Assembly (NCBI RefSeq): GCF_023055435.1
Contig: NW_025963890.1
Location: 1,798,001-1,862,000, forward strand
Reading direction: 5' to 3'
DNA length: 64,000 bases
DNA from: Haliotis rufescens
Taxonomy: Eukaryota
The position numbers were made by a program, and so were the translations under genes. The notes beneath the pieces were generated by a model. The model ran no database searches. It was not told the DNA's origin and saw only the letters and a list, made by a program, of their open reading frames with translations. This document shows positions 37,536 through 49,060 of the stretch, one piece after another. Numbering within the stretch: the stretch's first letter is position 1; each line of letters begins with the position of its first letter.

Positions 37536-37888
37536 TGTAGTGAGACATACAAGCACAGGTAAGGTGCTGTAGTGAGACATACAAGCACAGGTAAGGTGCT
37601 GTTGTGAGACATACAAGCACAGGTAAGGTGCTGTTGTGAGACATACAAGCACAGGTAAGGTGCTGTAGTGAGACATACAAGCACAGGTAAGGTGCTGTTG
37701 TGAGACATACAAGCACAGGTAAGTTGCTGTTGTGAGACATACAAGCACAGGTAAGGTGCTGTTGTGAGACATACAAGCACAGGTAAGTTGCTGTGGTGAG
37801 ACATACAAGCACAGGTAAGGTGCTGTTGTGAGACATACAAGCACAGGTAAGGTGCTGTAGTGAGACATACAAGCACAGGTAAGGTGCT
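37536..37888. repeat. 32-bp minisatellite, 11 copies
   Basis: Unit TGTWGTGAGACATACAAGCACAGGTAAGGTGC; period 32 (37542, 37574, 37606). Confidence 0.97.
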
Positions 37889-38604
37889 GAGGGAGAACCA
37901 TCATCAGAGGAGAATCTGGTATTTGAAGTAAAGGGTTACAACTCGGAATAAAATGTTTACAACTGTTATCAAATCCAGGAAATCGTGGTGTATGATTAAG
38001 AATATTTGCACATGCTCTTGAATCCCCTCAAACAACAATAATAATTTCAAGATGACAGACATGCATATTAAGGTATCCAATATTTGGTAACCTGTGGTGC
38101 AATACTTGGTGTCCGTCCTACTTGAAACTGAGACATACAGTGGTGTTTACAAAGGAGTTCAAGACATACCACTGACCACTCATCCCCAGACCAATAACTA
38201 ACACTACACAGGAACAGCCACACATTTATGACTCTCTTGAAAGGAAGACATCACACTAATTCCTAAAGCTTAAATTCTGAGGACTAAGGAGACTTGCCAT
38301 AAATATGTAATTTGATCACCCTGAGGAAACCAACGTCCAAAGTTCAGATATTTATATGTTCATTGCGTTGTATGGCACTGATGTTGACACCAGCCCCCCC
38401 CCCAGTGCAAAAGGCCGTTATGTCAGGTATCACAAGTATCACTGTAGTCACTTCTCTCATTGGGTATATATGTGTGAGTGAGTCCAAGTATGACGTGGCA
38501 TCGTCATTATTTCAGCCATATAGCGATGAGAAAGAGTTTTAATAGCCACAAGTATGTCATATAATTACATCAGAGTTATATTCAAAAATAAGATTGGGTA
38601 TGTG

Positions 38605-38733
38605 NNNNNNNNNNNNNNNNNNNNNNNNNNNNNNNNNNNNNNNNNNNNNNNNNNNNNNNNNNNNNNNNNNNNNNNNNNNNNNNNNNNNNNNNNNNNNNNN
38701 NNNNNNNNNNNNNNNNNNNNNNNNNNNNNNNNN
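38605..38733. other. Assembly gap (N run)
   Basis: 129 N. Confidence 1.
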
Positions 38734-38776
38734 GCTCCAAGTGCATTATGGGGCCTGAATGAGTTACAGTGAAGTC

Positions 38777-38988
38777 ACCAGTGAAGATCCGGATTACAAT
38801 AGGTCTTCAGCAACCCATTCTTGCCGTAAAAGGCCACTAACAGGATCAGGTGGTCAGGCTTTCTCACTTCGTAGATACATGTCATCGTATCCCTATTGTG
38901 TAGATCAATGTATGGTCTAGACTTGATTATTTACAGACTGCTGTCATATAGCTGGAATATTGCCGCGTGTGGCAGGAAACAATAAACA
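38777..38988 (+). mobile_element. SINE-like family B copy, plus strand, single module
   Basis: ACCAGTGAAGATCCGGATTACAATAGGTCTTCAGCAACCC...ATATAGCTGGAATATTGC. Confidence 0.85.
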
Positions 38989-39968
38989 TACATCAATTGT
39001 GGGGCAAACAGGGTTGTATGAGCTGAACGTGCTTGTATGGCACAAGACTGAAGGTCGATGTGTGTACATTAACGTACAGTTCATCAAAACACCCGCTATC
39101 ATTAACAAATTACAAAGAGTTATCTCAGTGAAATATTCGGGTATGACCATTAGACCTTTCTTGTAACTACAATGAGACTCGATCTCGGTATGACAAACAG
39201 GGTCAACTGTGTCACAACAAGCAAGTGACGTCACATCAAACACTCTGACGTCCCGATGTCCGCACAACCCCACCAACTGACTTGCTTTCCTGAGACAGGA
39301 CTGGCCAATCAGATAGCGATATTTTTAACGAGTAAATGATAAAACTGTGTCTGGACCAGGGATAAAAGTGAGTGCATAATGCTTATCTGTTTAGCAGCTT
39401 GCCGTACTTATCCCAGGTGCCAGATGAGTGATTATGGATTTGATTCCATCTCTGGTAGTTTCATGGTCTCGTATACTGTGTCACTTAGAAAAATATGCTG
39501 GCATCAGAAAATAATGAGGCAACTTGATTTCCTTGACTGGAAACATAGAAGGGTGAGAAATGAGGCGTTCACCACTTCACAGTTTGATGTCTTTTGGACT
39601 CAGAAATATTGTAATGCTATTGGCCACCTCAATACCCATGTGTGGAGTCCTATTTAAGGAACAAAACCGATCCCTGGGGTGAGAAGCAAATGTTGTAACC
39701 ACTGAACTAAACTACCTCACTGATGAGAAAACATAATCGAGTATCTTGTGTATTGCATGTCAAACCTATTCTTATAAATATCATGGACCTATTCACCATC
39801 AAAGCTTCATTTCGGAAATGATGTGACCACCTCCATTGGTCCAATCCCTAATTAGCATAGAATGTCTCTCACTCATGAGAGTACTTTAATTGGATGGCTA
39901 TTTTCAGTGTTGTGACATCTGAATCCATTTCAGTAAGAAGCAATGTAAGGGAATGGGTCCAGGGTATA

Positions 39969-40305
39969 CAGTAAACTACGGTTATAACAAACTCAAAGGG
40001 GCCACTAATTTAGTTCATTATAGTGAGTGAGTATGGTTTAATGCCGCTTTTAGCAATATTCCAGCAATATCACGGCGGGGTACACCAGAAATGGGCTTCA
40101 CACATTGTACCCATGTCGGGAATCGAACCCGAGTCTTCGGCGCGACGAGTGAACGCTTTAACCACTAGGCTACCCGACCGCCCCTTAGTTCATTATAACC
40201 GTAGTTTGTTATAAGCATATATACAGCAAATGGAGGGGATCCAAACACTTTTCGTTATATCCATCAGTTTGTTATAAGTGTGTTCGTTATAAACGTAGTT
40301 TACTG
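39969..40305. mobile_element. Tigger/pogo-like MITE interrupted by a SINE
   Basis: TIR CAGTAAACTACGKTTATAACRAAC (22/24), TA flanks. Confidence 0.88.
40023..40184 (-). mobile_element. tRNA-derived SINE family A, full-length
   Basis: Perfect 13-bp TSD TTAGTTCATTATA (40010-40022 / 40185-40197); intact A and B boxes. Confidence 0.96.
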
Positions 40306-41822
40306 TATGTCTATATTAAACTATGGAATAAGGATAGTCGTAGATCTGCGACAGTCGTAAGTCTCTGTTAACCATACAATTATGAGCTTTGTGGACTACG
40401 GCCCTGTTCTGGTCATGGAACAGCCTTGGGGCGGGGGGCCTCAATTTGAGGCCCTCCCCCAGACTCTAAATCACAGCATCTTCCCTGAAGAGAGGTTTCC
40501 ATTATGCCATTATGCACTGTATGAACTATGATATCTCAATATTTGTTTTATTTATGACTGTGGTAGGTCTTCCCTCGTAACTCTATATCTTAAAATAGAC
40601 TTATGACTGTGGTAGGTTTACGACCATCGTGACTCTATATGATAACAAAGATTAACGACTGTCATTGTGCTACAAATGTGGCTCAATTCTTTGAAGTTCA
40701 CACTGAGCCAAGAGTTCTTCCGTGAGCCTCACCAGCTCAATACGATGTCAACAGAGATGACGCTACCACTTTTGGCAGCCATGGCAGATACAGATGTCAA
40801 TAATGGAACAAATACACACACCTCTAATTTCTATAGGGTCGCGTCACTGAACACAGAATGCCAAACACACAAGGGACGGACACCATGAACCATCTCCTCA
40901 CACGTCTACTGTCTAACTCCAAGTCACAACACACCACTCCATGGCGGGAATCAGTGGAGGAAGCTCTTGAGGCTCAATACAGTTGACTAACATATTATTC
41001 ATGTTACATGCTCAAACTCTTGGCTTTACCATGCATGTTTAGGAACGTTCTTGAACATTCCTACTCCTAATTCGAATACCTTTGTCATTCAAGACGAAGC
41101 AGACCTTTTAAATTTGAAGATTCAGGTATTTGCTGTCAATCTTTGGCAAACATCTTGAATGAGCATGATGTACAGTTTCTTTTGTATTTGTCATGTTCTG
41201 CTGACCAAATGCAAGTCTGATGAGTATCTTAATATCCTTACATGCCGCTGTCTTGGTGTAAATAGTTCCTGAACATGGAACACACAAGTACCTCTAGAAC
41301 TACAGAATCAAATCAGGCAGTCATGTGAAAAATAACATTTGAATTAGACTGACTATACCACCATTGTGTTGAAGAGACTGATAGTTACTTACGCCTTTTC
41401 CCAAAAAGTGGATGAGAAAAGTTCGGAATTACTGTGGAGTAGTACAACTGACTTCTGAATACTTTGCAATGACTGGATGACATCTGAAACACACAGTTGA
41501 TGGTCGGGTGAACTAATTCTGTTCCTACCTTCATGGGGGCTCGGTTGTCTTCCATATAGAGGTGGTAAGAGAAGGTGTCATCACAAGAAGACACATGGCC
41601 TTGTTTAACACTGCTTTTTGCAACATTCGATCAGACCGTCATAGACATCAACAATGGGCTTTATCATTCATAATGGCTTCAGCTTTGTAATAAGGGATCT
41701 CACAATAATTGGAACATATTACAATGTTGCAAATGAGGAGTGAGCAATGTTTAAAGCTGTATTTTTGTGGGCAAAATCCGAGCGACATTTTCGTATTATG
41801 TTCACCAAAGAAGCAGCTTTGT

Positions 41823-42300
41823 AACAAGAGTCATCTGAAGACGACAAGTCCCTCCTGCCCCCACGTATTCCACAGAACAAATCATCTGACTGTTACAGTA
41901 AGTCCAACTTGATGAGAGAACTTCTGTCTAATCTGTCTGTCTGTATACAAGAGTAGTCATTGAGCTTTCACAACAATACCATGGATTTGGACTTGGAACT
42001 TTGCATTTCTATGTGAAGTACACACGAATATGAACAGAGTCAATGTCAAACTTGTTGCCGTGGAAATTCTAAAAATCCCTTAACAGCCAAACACACCAGT
42101 TGACAACCTGGCCTTAATGTGTCCAAAGTTTCATGAAAGAATATCTATTAGTTTCAGAGATATGGTCTGGTCAAACACACTACTATGAACACAGTCAAAG
42201 TAAAACTTGTAAACTAGCAAAAGGCACCAATTTATCCCGATTAACATATCCACCAAGTTTTGACAAAAAATCGTGAAAGGTTTTGGATTTGGATCTCCGT
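41823..42300 (-). mobile_element. HINE-like element, decayed (followed by decayed family A copy 42310-42442)
   Basis: AACAAGAGTCATCTGAAGACGAC terminus matches 26475; internal GTCAA..GTTGCCGTGGAAA and CAAAGTTTCATGAA motifs resemble those in 52298-52971. Confidence 0.55.
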
Positions 42301-42915
42301 TAGTTAAGTCTAACTTCCAGCAATATCACGGTGGAGGACTCCAGAAATGGACTTCACACATTGTACCTAGGTGGGGAATTGTTGCCAGGACTTCAGTATG
42401 ACCAGCGCACACTTTAACCACAAGGCGACCCAACTGCCCCCAAGGTGGCAGAACTGCTACAGTATCAGGATACAAATGTCAAGAACAGCTTGGTAATTAT
42501 TTGAAATTCACAAGAATTAAATATTTATACACTAAACCGCGGAATATTCTAAAATAGGTGGAGCACGGCATATCAGACTGTCTGATATAGATGATAAATC
42601 AAGTAAAACAAAAGAAACATGGACTCTAAATGTCAACTCAAGCATCGAGTGTTGGCAATTGTCAAATCAACAGCTATATAAACATCTGTCGTCTATACAT
42701 ACACGTTTCATCGCATCATAAACTTCCCACACAACTACAACATGAAATGTTAATGTTAATGCTCAATAAATATATTACAAATGATTCCATAGCATTTCAT
42801 TGGCTAATCAAGCATTGCTTTTTTGTATTTGTTTCCACAGTGTAAATGCTCATCCACCCTTTGCACTTTTCATGGTATCAGCTATTTCAGTCTGACAAGA
42901 AATTCACAACAGTGC

Positions 42916-43240
42916 GTGAGTGAGTGAGTGAGTGAGTGAGTGAGTGAGTGAGTGAGTGAGTGAGTGGGTGGGTGGGTGGGTGAGTGAGTGAGTGAGTGAG
43001 TGAGTTTTAAATGCCACTATTTCAATATATCACGGTGTGTCAGCTAGGTTTGGGAGGAAAGGCTGATGTGATGCACGTCATAGACGTTTATCATGAGCAT
43101 GGATATGTTGCTGACAACCACAGAAACTTTAATTGCCAGGTGAATCTGTGATTCAAAAATACTTTCATAGGTTTCGGGCACATTTAAGGCATGCCTAAGA
43201 GAAGCAGGTTCCTGTGGCGCCTTAGACAACTTGACCACCC
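42916..43240 (-). mobile_element. (GTGA)n microsatellite (42916-43004) plus decayed family D SINE
   Basis: Tail run then ATATCACGGTGTGTCAGC..TGGGAGGAAAGGC, as in 6572-6740. Confidence 0.7.
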
Positions 43241-43589
43241 AACAACATAACACAACAACAACAAAACATTTAGAACTTTACAAATTTTATGTTTCGCTAC
43301 GCATGATGGGTCAGTTAAATGTGGGAGGAAAGCCTGAACAATTAGGTGTCGTAGATGCTTACCACTTGGACGAGTAAGTGTGTTAAAGTGTTAAGTCACG
43401 TCAACTCTATTTAAGCCATACTGTGCCCGTATCAGTTATGAACTTTATATCATATAACATCCTATCAAACCAGTGCATGTTAAAAGAAATACCTTTAAAC
43501 CATGTTTGAGAATACTGAAAATGCTTAAGTATCAAACAATGATTACAACACATTAACAAGGGCTATAGACGGACAGCAACCAGCCAGTT

Positions 43590-43843
43590 AGTGTGTGTGG
43601 ATGCTTGCACTATTCTGGACTAATGCTGGAGTAGCCCAAAAATACCATTCCAGAGTTTAAAAATGGATACCTCACTCAGACACAATACAATAGTCCTTGT
43701 TTTATCCCCTTAATGCCAAGGCCCAGGCAAGCTGACAACAAGTACCATCTTTAAACTTCTTTTGGTATATCACACCGAGATTGAACCCTTGACCTCCCCC
43801 CTCTATGGGCAGACTCTCTATCCACTAGACCACAGATGCAGTC
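43590..43843 (-). mobile_element. Family C SINE, decayed
   Basis: AGTCCTTGTTTTATCCCCTTAATG...ACAACAAGTACCATCTTT matches 9116-9180. Confidence 0.8.
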
Positions 43844-44845
43844 AAATCCTACAGAATAGAACTGTTACTGGATTTGACAGTCATACAATACATTGAACCT
43901 TACTCAGGTGTGGTAGCAGTACAAATGAATCAGCACTGTACATGTCCCTACAGGTATGCGTGAGAGTTCTGTTTTGTGGCCAATCATTAATGAGTGAGTA
44001 TTGTTTTATGCCACCACCGTATTTTCAGCAACTTGAAGCAGCACACAAGCTCCCGTCTCATCAAACCCTGTGGTTAGTCATCTCCAACTGCATGTGAGCA
44101 GCACATCCACGCACTGATTGTCAGCATGTCTTGGATTACAAGATAATGTTCTACATTGTGTTTCTAACCACATTGTAATGACAATTCCAGCATTTAGTCG
44201 CCTATAATTGGAAGGAACTTTAGTGAAATCAATGACTAGTGATTACTCTCAGCAAGAACACCTCTGCCATATTGGAACCGACTGTTGCCAGGGGCACAAG
44301 AATTACAACAACATGAGATACTGGACACCAATGCAGGTCTAACCTTGGCGGTGTTGTCAGCGGACGAAAATGTCCACTATCCATCTCTGGAATAAGGATA
44401 ATACTTTGGAGTGTGGGGTTTTAGCAGTTGTGTCCCTGCGGAGGGAATGAAGAGAGCCCATGTAACGTGTAAAAACAGTGGACATACTGGCATCGGACGT
44501 ATGGTCTGTTATGTGTCACAACTCATTGTTTGTTGTTTAAAGTCACACTCAGCTATAAGTAAGCAACCTTTAAAGAGACAAACACCCTGAATCAAATAAT
44601 TCAGTGACTGATACGAGTACAATTTGTTGGGGTTCTAGGATCAGTTTTCGATATAAAAAAATTGCCAGGCTGCCATCAGGACCCAAAGACTTTAGAAGCT
44701 GAAGAAGACAAATTTGTCATCAGACAAATAAGAGTGACAAAACCCTTTCCTTTATCAAAAGAAAACTCTGCTTAAAGCAGAATCCCTTGTTTGATTCCGA
44801 CAATACCAAAACGTGTGTATTAATCCCTATCAAAATGATGACACC

Positions 44846-44946
44846 AGGGCCCACTTGCACAATCTTAGCACTAAGATGAACTCCAATACTTTAACATAGG
44901 CTTGCGATAATCTTAGCGCTAAGATGGCTTTGTGCAAGTGGGCCCT
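44846..44946. mobile_element. 101-bp MITE, PIF/Harbinger-like termini
   Basis: Perfect 17-bp TIR AGGGCCCACTTGCACAA; two internal palindromes ATCTTAGCRCTAAGAT; TSD not resolved. Confidence 0.75.
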
Positions 44947-45497
44947 AGTGCTCATGAAGCTAATCCTACCTAGAAGAAGATGTTAGGTTCTTGATAACAG
45001 AATAAACATACATGCTCCCAACAAGTGGTGTGTTCCAAGAGATCACCATCATGTGTGATAGAGCCCTGTTGGCGGACATACACTCATGGATGGTTGATAC
45101 ATATTTCTCACTTTCATCAAATTCTAGGATCAGAACTTTAGGCACGTAATGTGAACTCTTAAAGTAACTTCTATTAATAATCAATTCCATAATCCAACAT
45201 CCTGCTTGTTTAACAAAGTAGAGAGATAATCACTTCAAAAACATCAAAATCAATGTCAACAAAATAGTGTGTGCATGTAACCATACCCTCATGCTGAGAC
45301 TGTTTTCTTATCAATATGGAACTTTGTTTAACATAACTATGGAGACATTGATCCTAGCCTGGTCGATCCTACTCTACCTTCTCTATCAACCTTATTAGAG
45401 TCAGTTGGCTACTTTACGCTAGCTGACAGATGGTGTGAGGGGACCACAGGTGGACTTTTCAGGTGTACTATTGGAAGAATCAAACCTGAATTGACTT

Positions 45498-47480
45498 TAT
45501 ATCCTGCCAGTCTGGGGTTTATGTCCTATAACAAGTATAGCCTGCCTGTCTGGAGTTTACGTCCTATAACAAGTATAGCCTGCCTGTCTCGGGTTTATGT
45601 CCTATAACAAGTATAGCCTGCCTCTCTCGGGTTTATGTCCTATAACAGCTATATCCTGCCAGTCTGAGGTTTGTGTCCTATAACAGCTATATCCTGCCAG
45701 TCTGGGGTTTATGTCCTATAACAAGTATAGCCTGCCAGTCTGGGGTTTACAAACTTTACGTCCTATAACAGCTATATCCTGCCAGTCTGGGGCTTATGTC
45801 CTATAACAGCTATATCCTACCAATCTGGGGTTTAGGTCCTATAACAGCTATAGCCTGCCAGTCTGGGGTTTATGTCCTATAACAAGTATAGCCTGCCTGT
45901 CTGGAGTTTACATCCTATAACAGCTATATCCTGTCAGTCTGGGGTTTACAAACTTTACGTCCTATAACAGCTATATCCTGCCAGTCTGGGGTTTATGTCC
46001 TATAACAGCTATATCCTACCAATCTGGGATTTAGGTCCTATAGCAGCTATAGCCTGCCAGTCTGGGGTTTATGTCCTATAACAAGTATAGCCTGCCTGTC
46101 TGGAGTTTACATCCTATAACAGCTATATCCTGCCAGTCTGGGGTTTAGGTCCTATAACAAGTATAGCCTGCCTGTCTCGGGTTTATGTCCTATAACAAGT
46201 ATAGCCTGCCTGTCTGGGGTTTACAAACTTTACGTCCTATAACAGCTATATCCTGCCAGTCTGGGGTTTACAAACTTTACGTCCTATAACAGCTATATCC
46301 TGCCAGTCTGGGGCTTATGTCCTATAACAGCTATATCCTACCAATCTGGGGTTTAGGTCCTATAGCACCTATATCCTGCCTATCTCGGGTTTATGTCCTA
46401 TAACAAGTATAGCCTGCCTGTCTGGGGTTTATGTCCTATAACAGCTATATCCCTGCCAGTCTGGGGTTTATGTCCTATAACAGCTATATGCTGCCAGTCT
46501 AGGGTTTTAGTCCTATAGCACCAATATCCTGCCAGTCTGGGGTTTGAGTCCTATAACAGCTATATCCCTGCCAGTCTGGGGTTTGAGTCCTATAACAGCT
46601 ATATCCTGCCAGTCTGGGGTTTTAGTCCTATTGCACCAATATCCTGCCAGTCTGGGGTTTGAGTCCTATAACAGCTATATCCTGCCAGTCTTGGGTTTGA
46701 GTCCTATAACAGCTATATCCTGCCAGTCTGGGGTTTTAGTCCTATTGCACCAATATCCTGCCAGTCTGGGGTTTGAGTCCTATAACAGTTATATCCTGCC
46801 AGTCTGGTTTTTTTGTCCTATAACAGCTATATCCTGCCAGTCTGGGGTTTATGTCCTATAGCAGCTATATCCTGCCAGTCCGGGGTTTATGTCCTATAAC
46901 AGCTATATCCCTGCCAGTCTGGGGTTTATGTCCTATAACAGCTATATCCTACCAATCTGGGGTTTATGTCCTATAACAGCTATATCCTGCCAGTCTGGGG
47001 TTTATGTCCTATAACAGCTATATCCCTGCCAGTCTGGGGTTTATGTCCTATAACAGCTATATCCCTGCCAGTCTGGGGTTTATGTCCTATAACAGCTATA
47101 TCCTGCCAGTGTGGGGTTTATGTCCTATAACAGCTAAAGCCTGCCAGTCTGGGGTTTATGTCCTATAACAGCTATATCCCTGCCAGTCTGGGGTTTGAGT
47201 CCTATAACAGCTATATCCTGCCAGTCTGGGGTTTGAGTCCTATAACAGCTAAAGCCTGCCAGTCTGGGGTTTTAGTCCTATTGCACCAATATCCTGCCAG
47301 TCTGGGGTTTATGTCCTATAACAGCTATATCCTGCCAGTCTGGGGTTTGAGTCCTATAACAGCTATATCCTGCCAGTCTGGGGTTTTAGTCCTATTGCAC
47401 CAATATCCTGCCTGTCTGGAGCTTGGGTCCAACAGCAACTATAGCCTGCCAGTCTTGGGTTTATGTCCTATAACAGCTAC
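45498..47480. repeat. 38-bp minisatellite, ~50 copies
   Basis: Unit ATATCCTGCCAGTCTGGGGTTTATGTCCTATAACAGCT with 37/39/47-bp variants. Confidence 0.97.
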
Positions 47481-47499
47481 ATACTCCCCCATCAACAGA

Positions 47500-47660
47500 G
47501 TGAGTGAGTGAGTATGGTTTTACGCCACCTTTAGCAATATTCCAGCAATATCACAGCGGGGGCCACCAGAAATGGGCTTCACACATTGTACCCATGTCAG
47601 GAATCGATGGCGTGACGAGCGAACGCTTTAACCACTAGGCTACCCGACCCCCCCCTCCCA
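47500..47660 (-). mobile_element. SINE family A with short internal deletion
   Basis: 12-bp TSD CCCATCAACAGA (47488-47499 / 47661-47672). Confidence 0.93.
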
Positions 47661-48462
47661 CCCATCAACAGAAGGAATGGGGCCACATAGTAGGGTACTG
47701 AGTCTTTGTTCAAATTATATATGAACTTGTTCAGCCCCACATAGACACTAATGTTTGCGGCCAATTTTATGGTCCTGTGATGTGTTTTGAACACGGACCT
47801 TTTGATATGAGGTCAAACACCATGTCCACATGACCAAAAAGGTTTACCCCATCAGCAAGCTGACAAGTTTAGGATGCAATCTGTGGGATGACTCCACACC
47901 CTGCTACATATGTAATAAAAAGGCTCCAAGCAATACAGTTATCAGACTCATTATTAACCAGCTCAGTGGATTGTTCCACTTTACACAAGAGATATGCTGT
48001 AACTGTGTCTTGATGCAATCAACCATAGCATATGTCTATTTTACCCGATGAAAACTTGGCTGTGTGACAAATGGGAGGACACCAAGTATGAGCATCCATG
48101 ACTGGTCAGCACTGACCTCAAGTTACTGTAATCAACGTAATTAGCACTGGCACTGGCCAAAGGGGTCCCTCAATGCGATCTTGGATGGAAGTGCTTATCT
48201 GGTTGCCGTCTTTCTATGCATGTTTTCACTCTTATCCATGTATAATATTAATGGGGATGGTAATTAGGGAGGGGTTGTCAATTACATTGGACAGCATCGT
48301 AAACAACAAGCTGAATACAATGTACCACTGTCCTCACACAAAGGATTCTTATTTCTGTTTGAGTTGTTTCGATATTTCTCACCTATTAGTATGTTCAGGA
48401 AATATCAAATTCAAAATAAATAACTTTGGAAAATTGACATATCGTACATGAAGATGACATGA

Positions 48463-48628
48463 GTGAGTGAGTGAGTATGGTTTTACGCCGCTTTTAGCAA
48501 TATTCCAGCAATATCACAGCGGGGGTCACCAGAAATGGGCTTCACACATTGTACCCATGTCGGGAATCGAACCCGGATCTTCGGCGTGACGAGCGAACAC
48601 TTTAACGACTAGGCTACCCGACCGCCAA
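48463..48628 (-). mobile_element. SINE family A, full-length
   Basis: 13-bp TSD GAAGATGACATGA (48450-48462 / 48629-48641). Confidence 0.95.
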
Positions 48629-48793
48629 GAAGATGACATGAAGCTGACAAGGCAAACATGCACCTCCAACACCAGATTGCAGGGCAATAATCCTGTCTGT
48701 TCAAAGATCACATGCAGCACAAGGACCATTGGCTTGGGAATGACAAGCATTTGAAATATTCCACTTATATTACAGCAAGGGACACCAAGAACT

Positions 48794-49060
48794 GGACCCA
48801 TGAAGACCCTGCTCAAAATAGGTCTTCAGCAACCCATGCTTGCCGTAAAAGGCGATTATGCTTGTCGCATAAGGTGACTAATGGGATCAGGTGGTCAGGC
48901 CCACTGACTTGGTTCATGCATGTCATCATATCCCAATTGCGTGGATCGATGCTCATGATGTCAATCACTGGATTATCTGGTCCAGACTTGATTATTTACA
49001 AATCGCCATCATATAGCTGGAAAACTGCTGAGTGCGGCGTTAAACAACAAACAAACAACA
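48794..49060 (+). mobile_element. SINE-like family B copy nested in a decayed family A copy
   Basis: GGACCCATGAAG head to (AAAC)n tail; ACCAAGAA duplicated on both sides; flanks join into a family A body. Confidence 0.88.

Noticed and set aside
37350-37904. Cys/His-rich ORFs as a zinc-finger or metallothionein gene
   Set aside because: The 32-bp period cycles the same peptide through all three frames; the rest is (TCAC)n.
22639-38772. ORFs containing X runs
   Set aside because: Artefacts of translating across N gaps.
39715-41240. Other CTGATGA occurrences (39720, 41218) as hammerheads
   Set aside because: No stem II plus GAAA box at a suitable distance.
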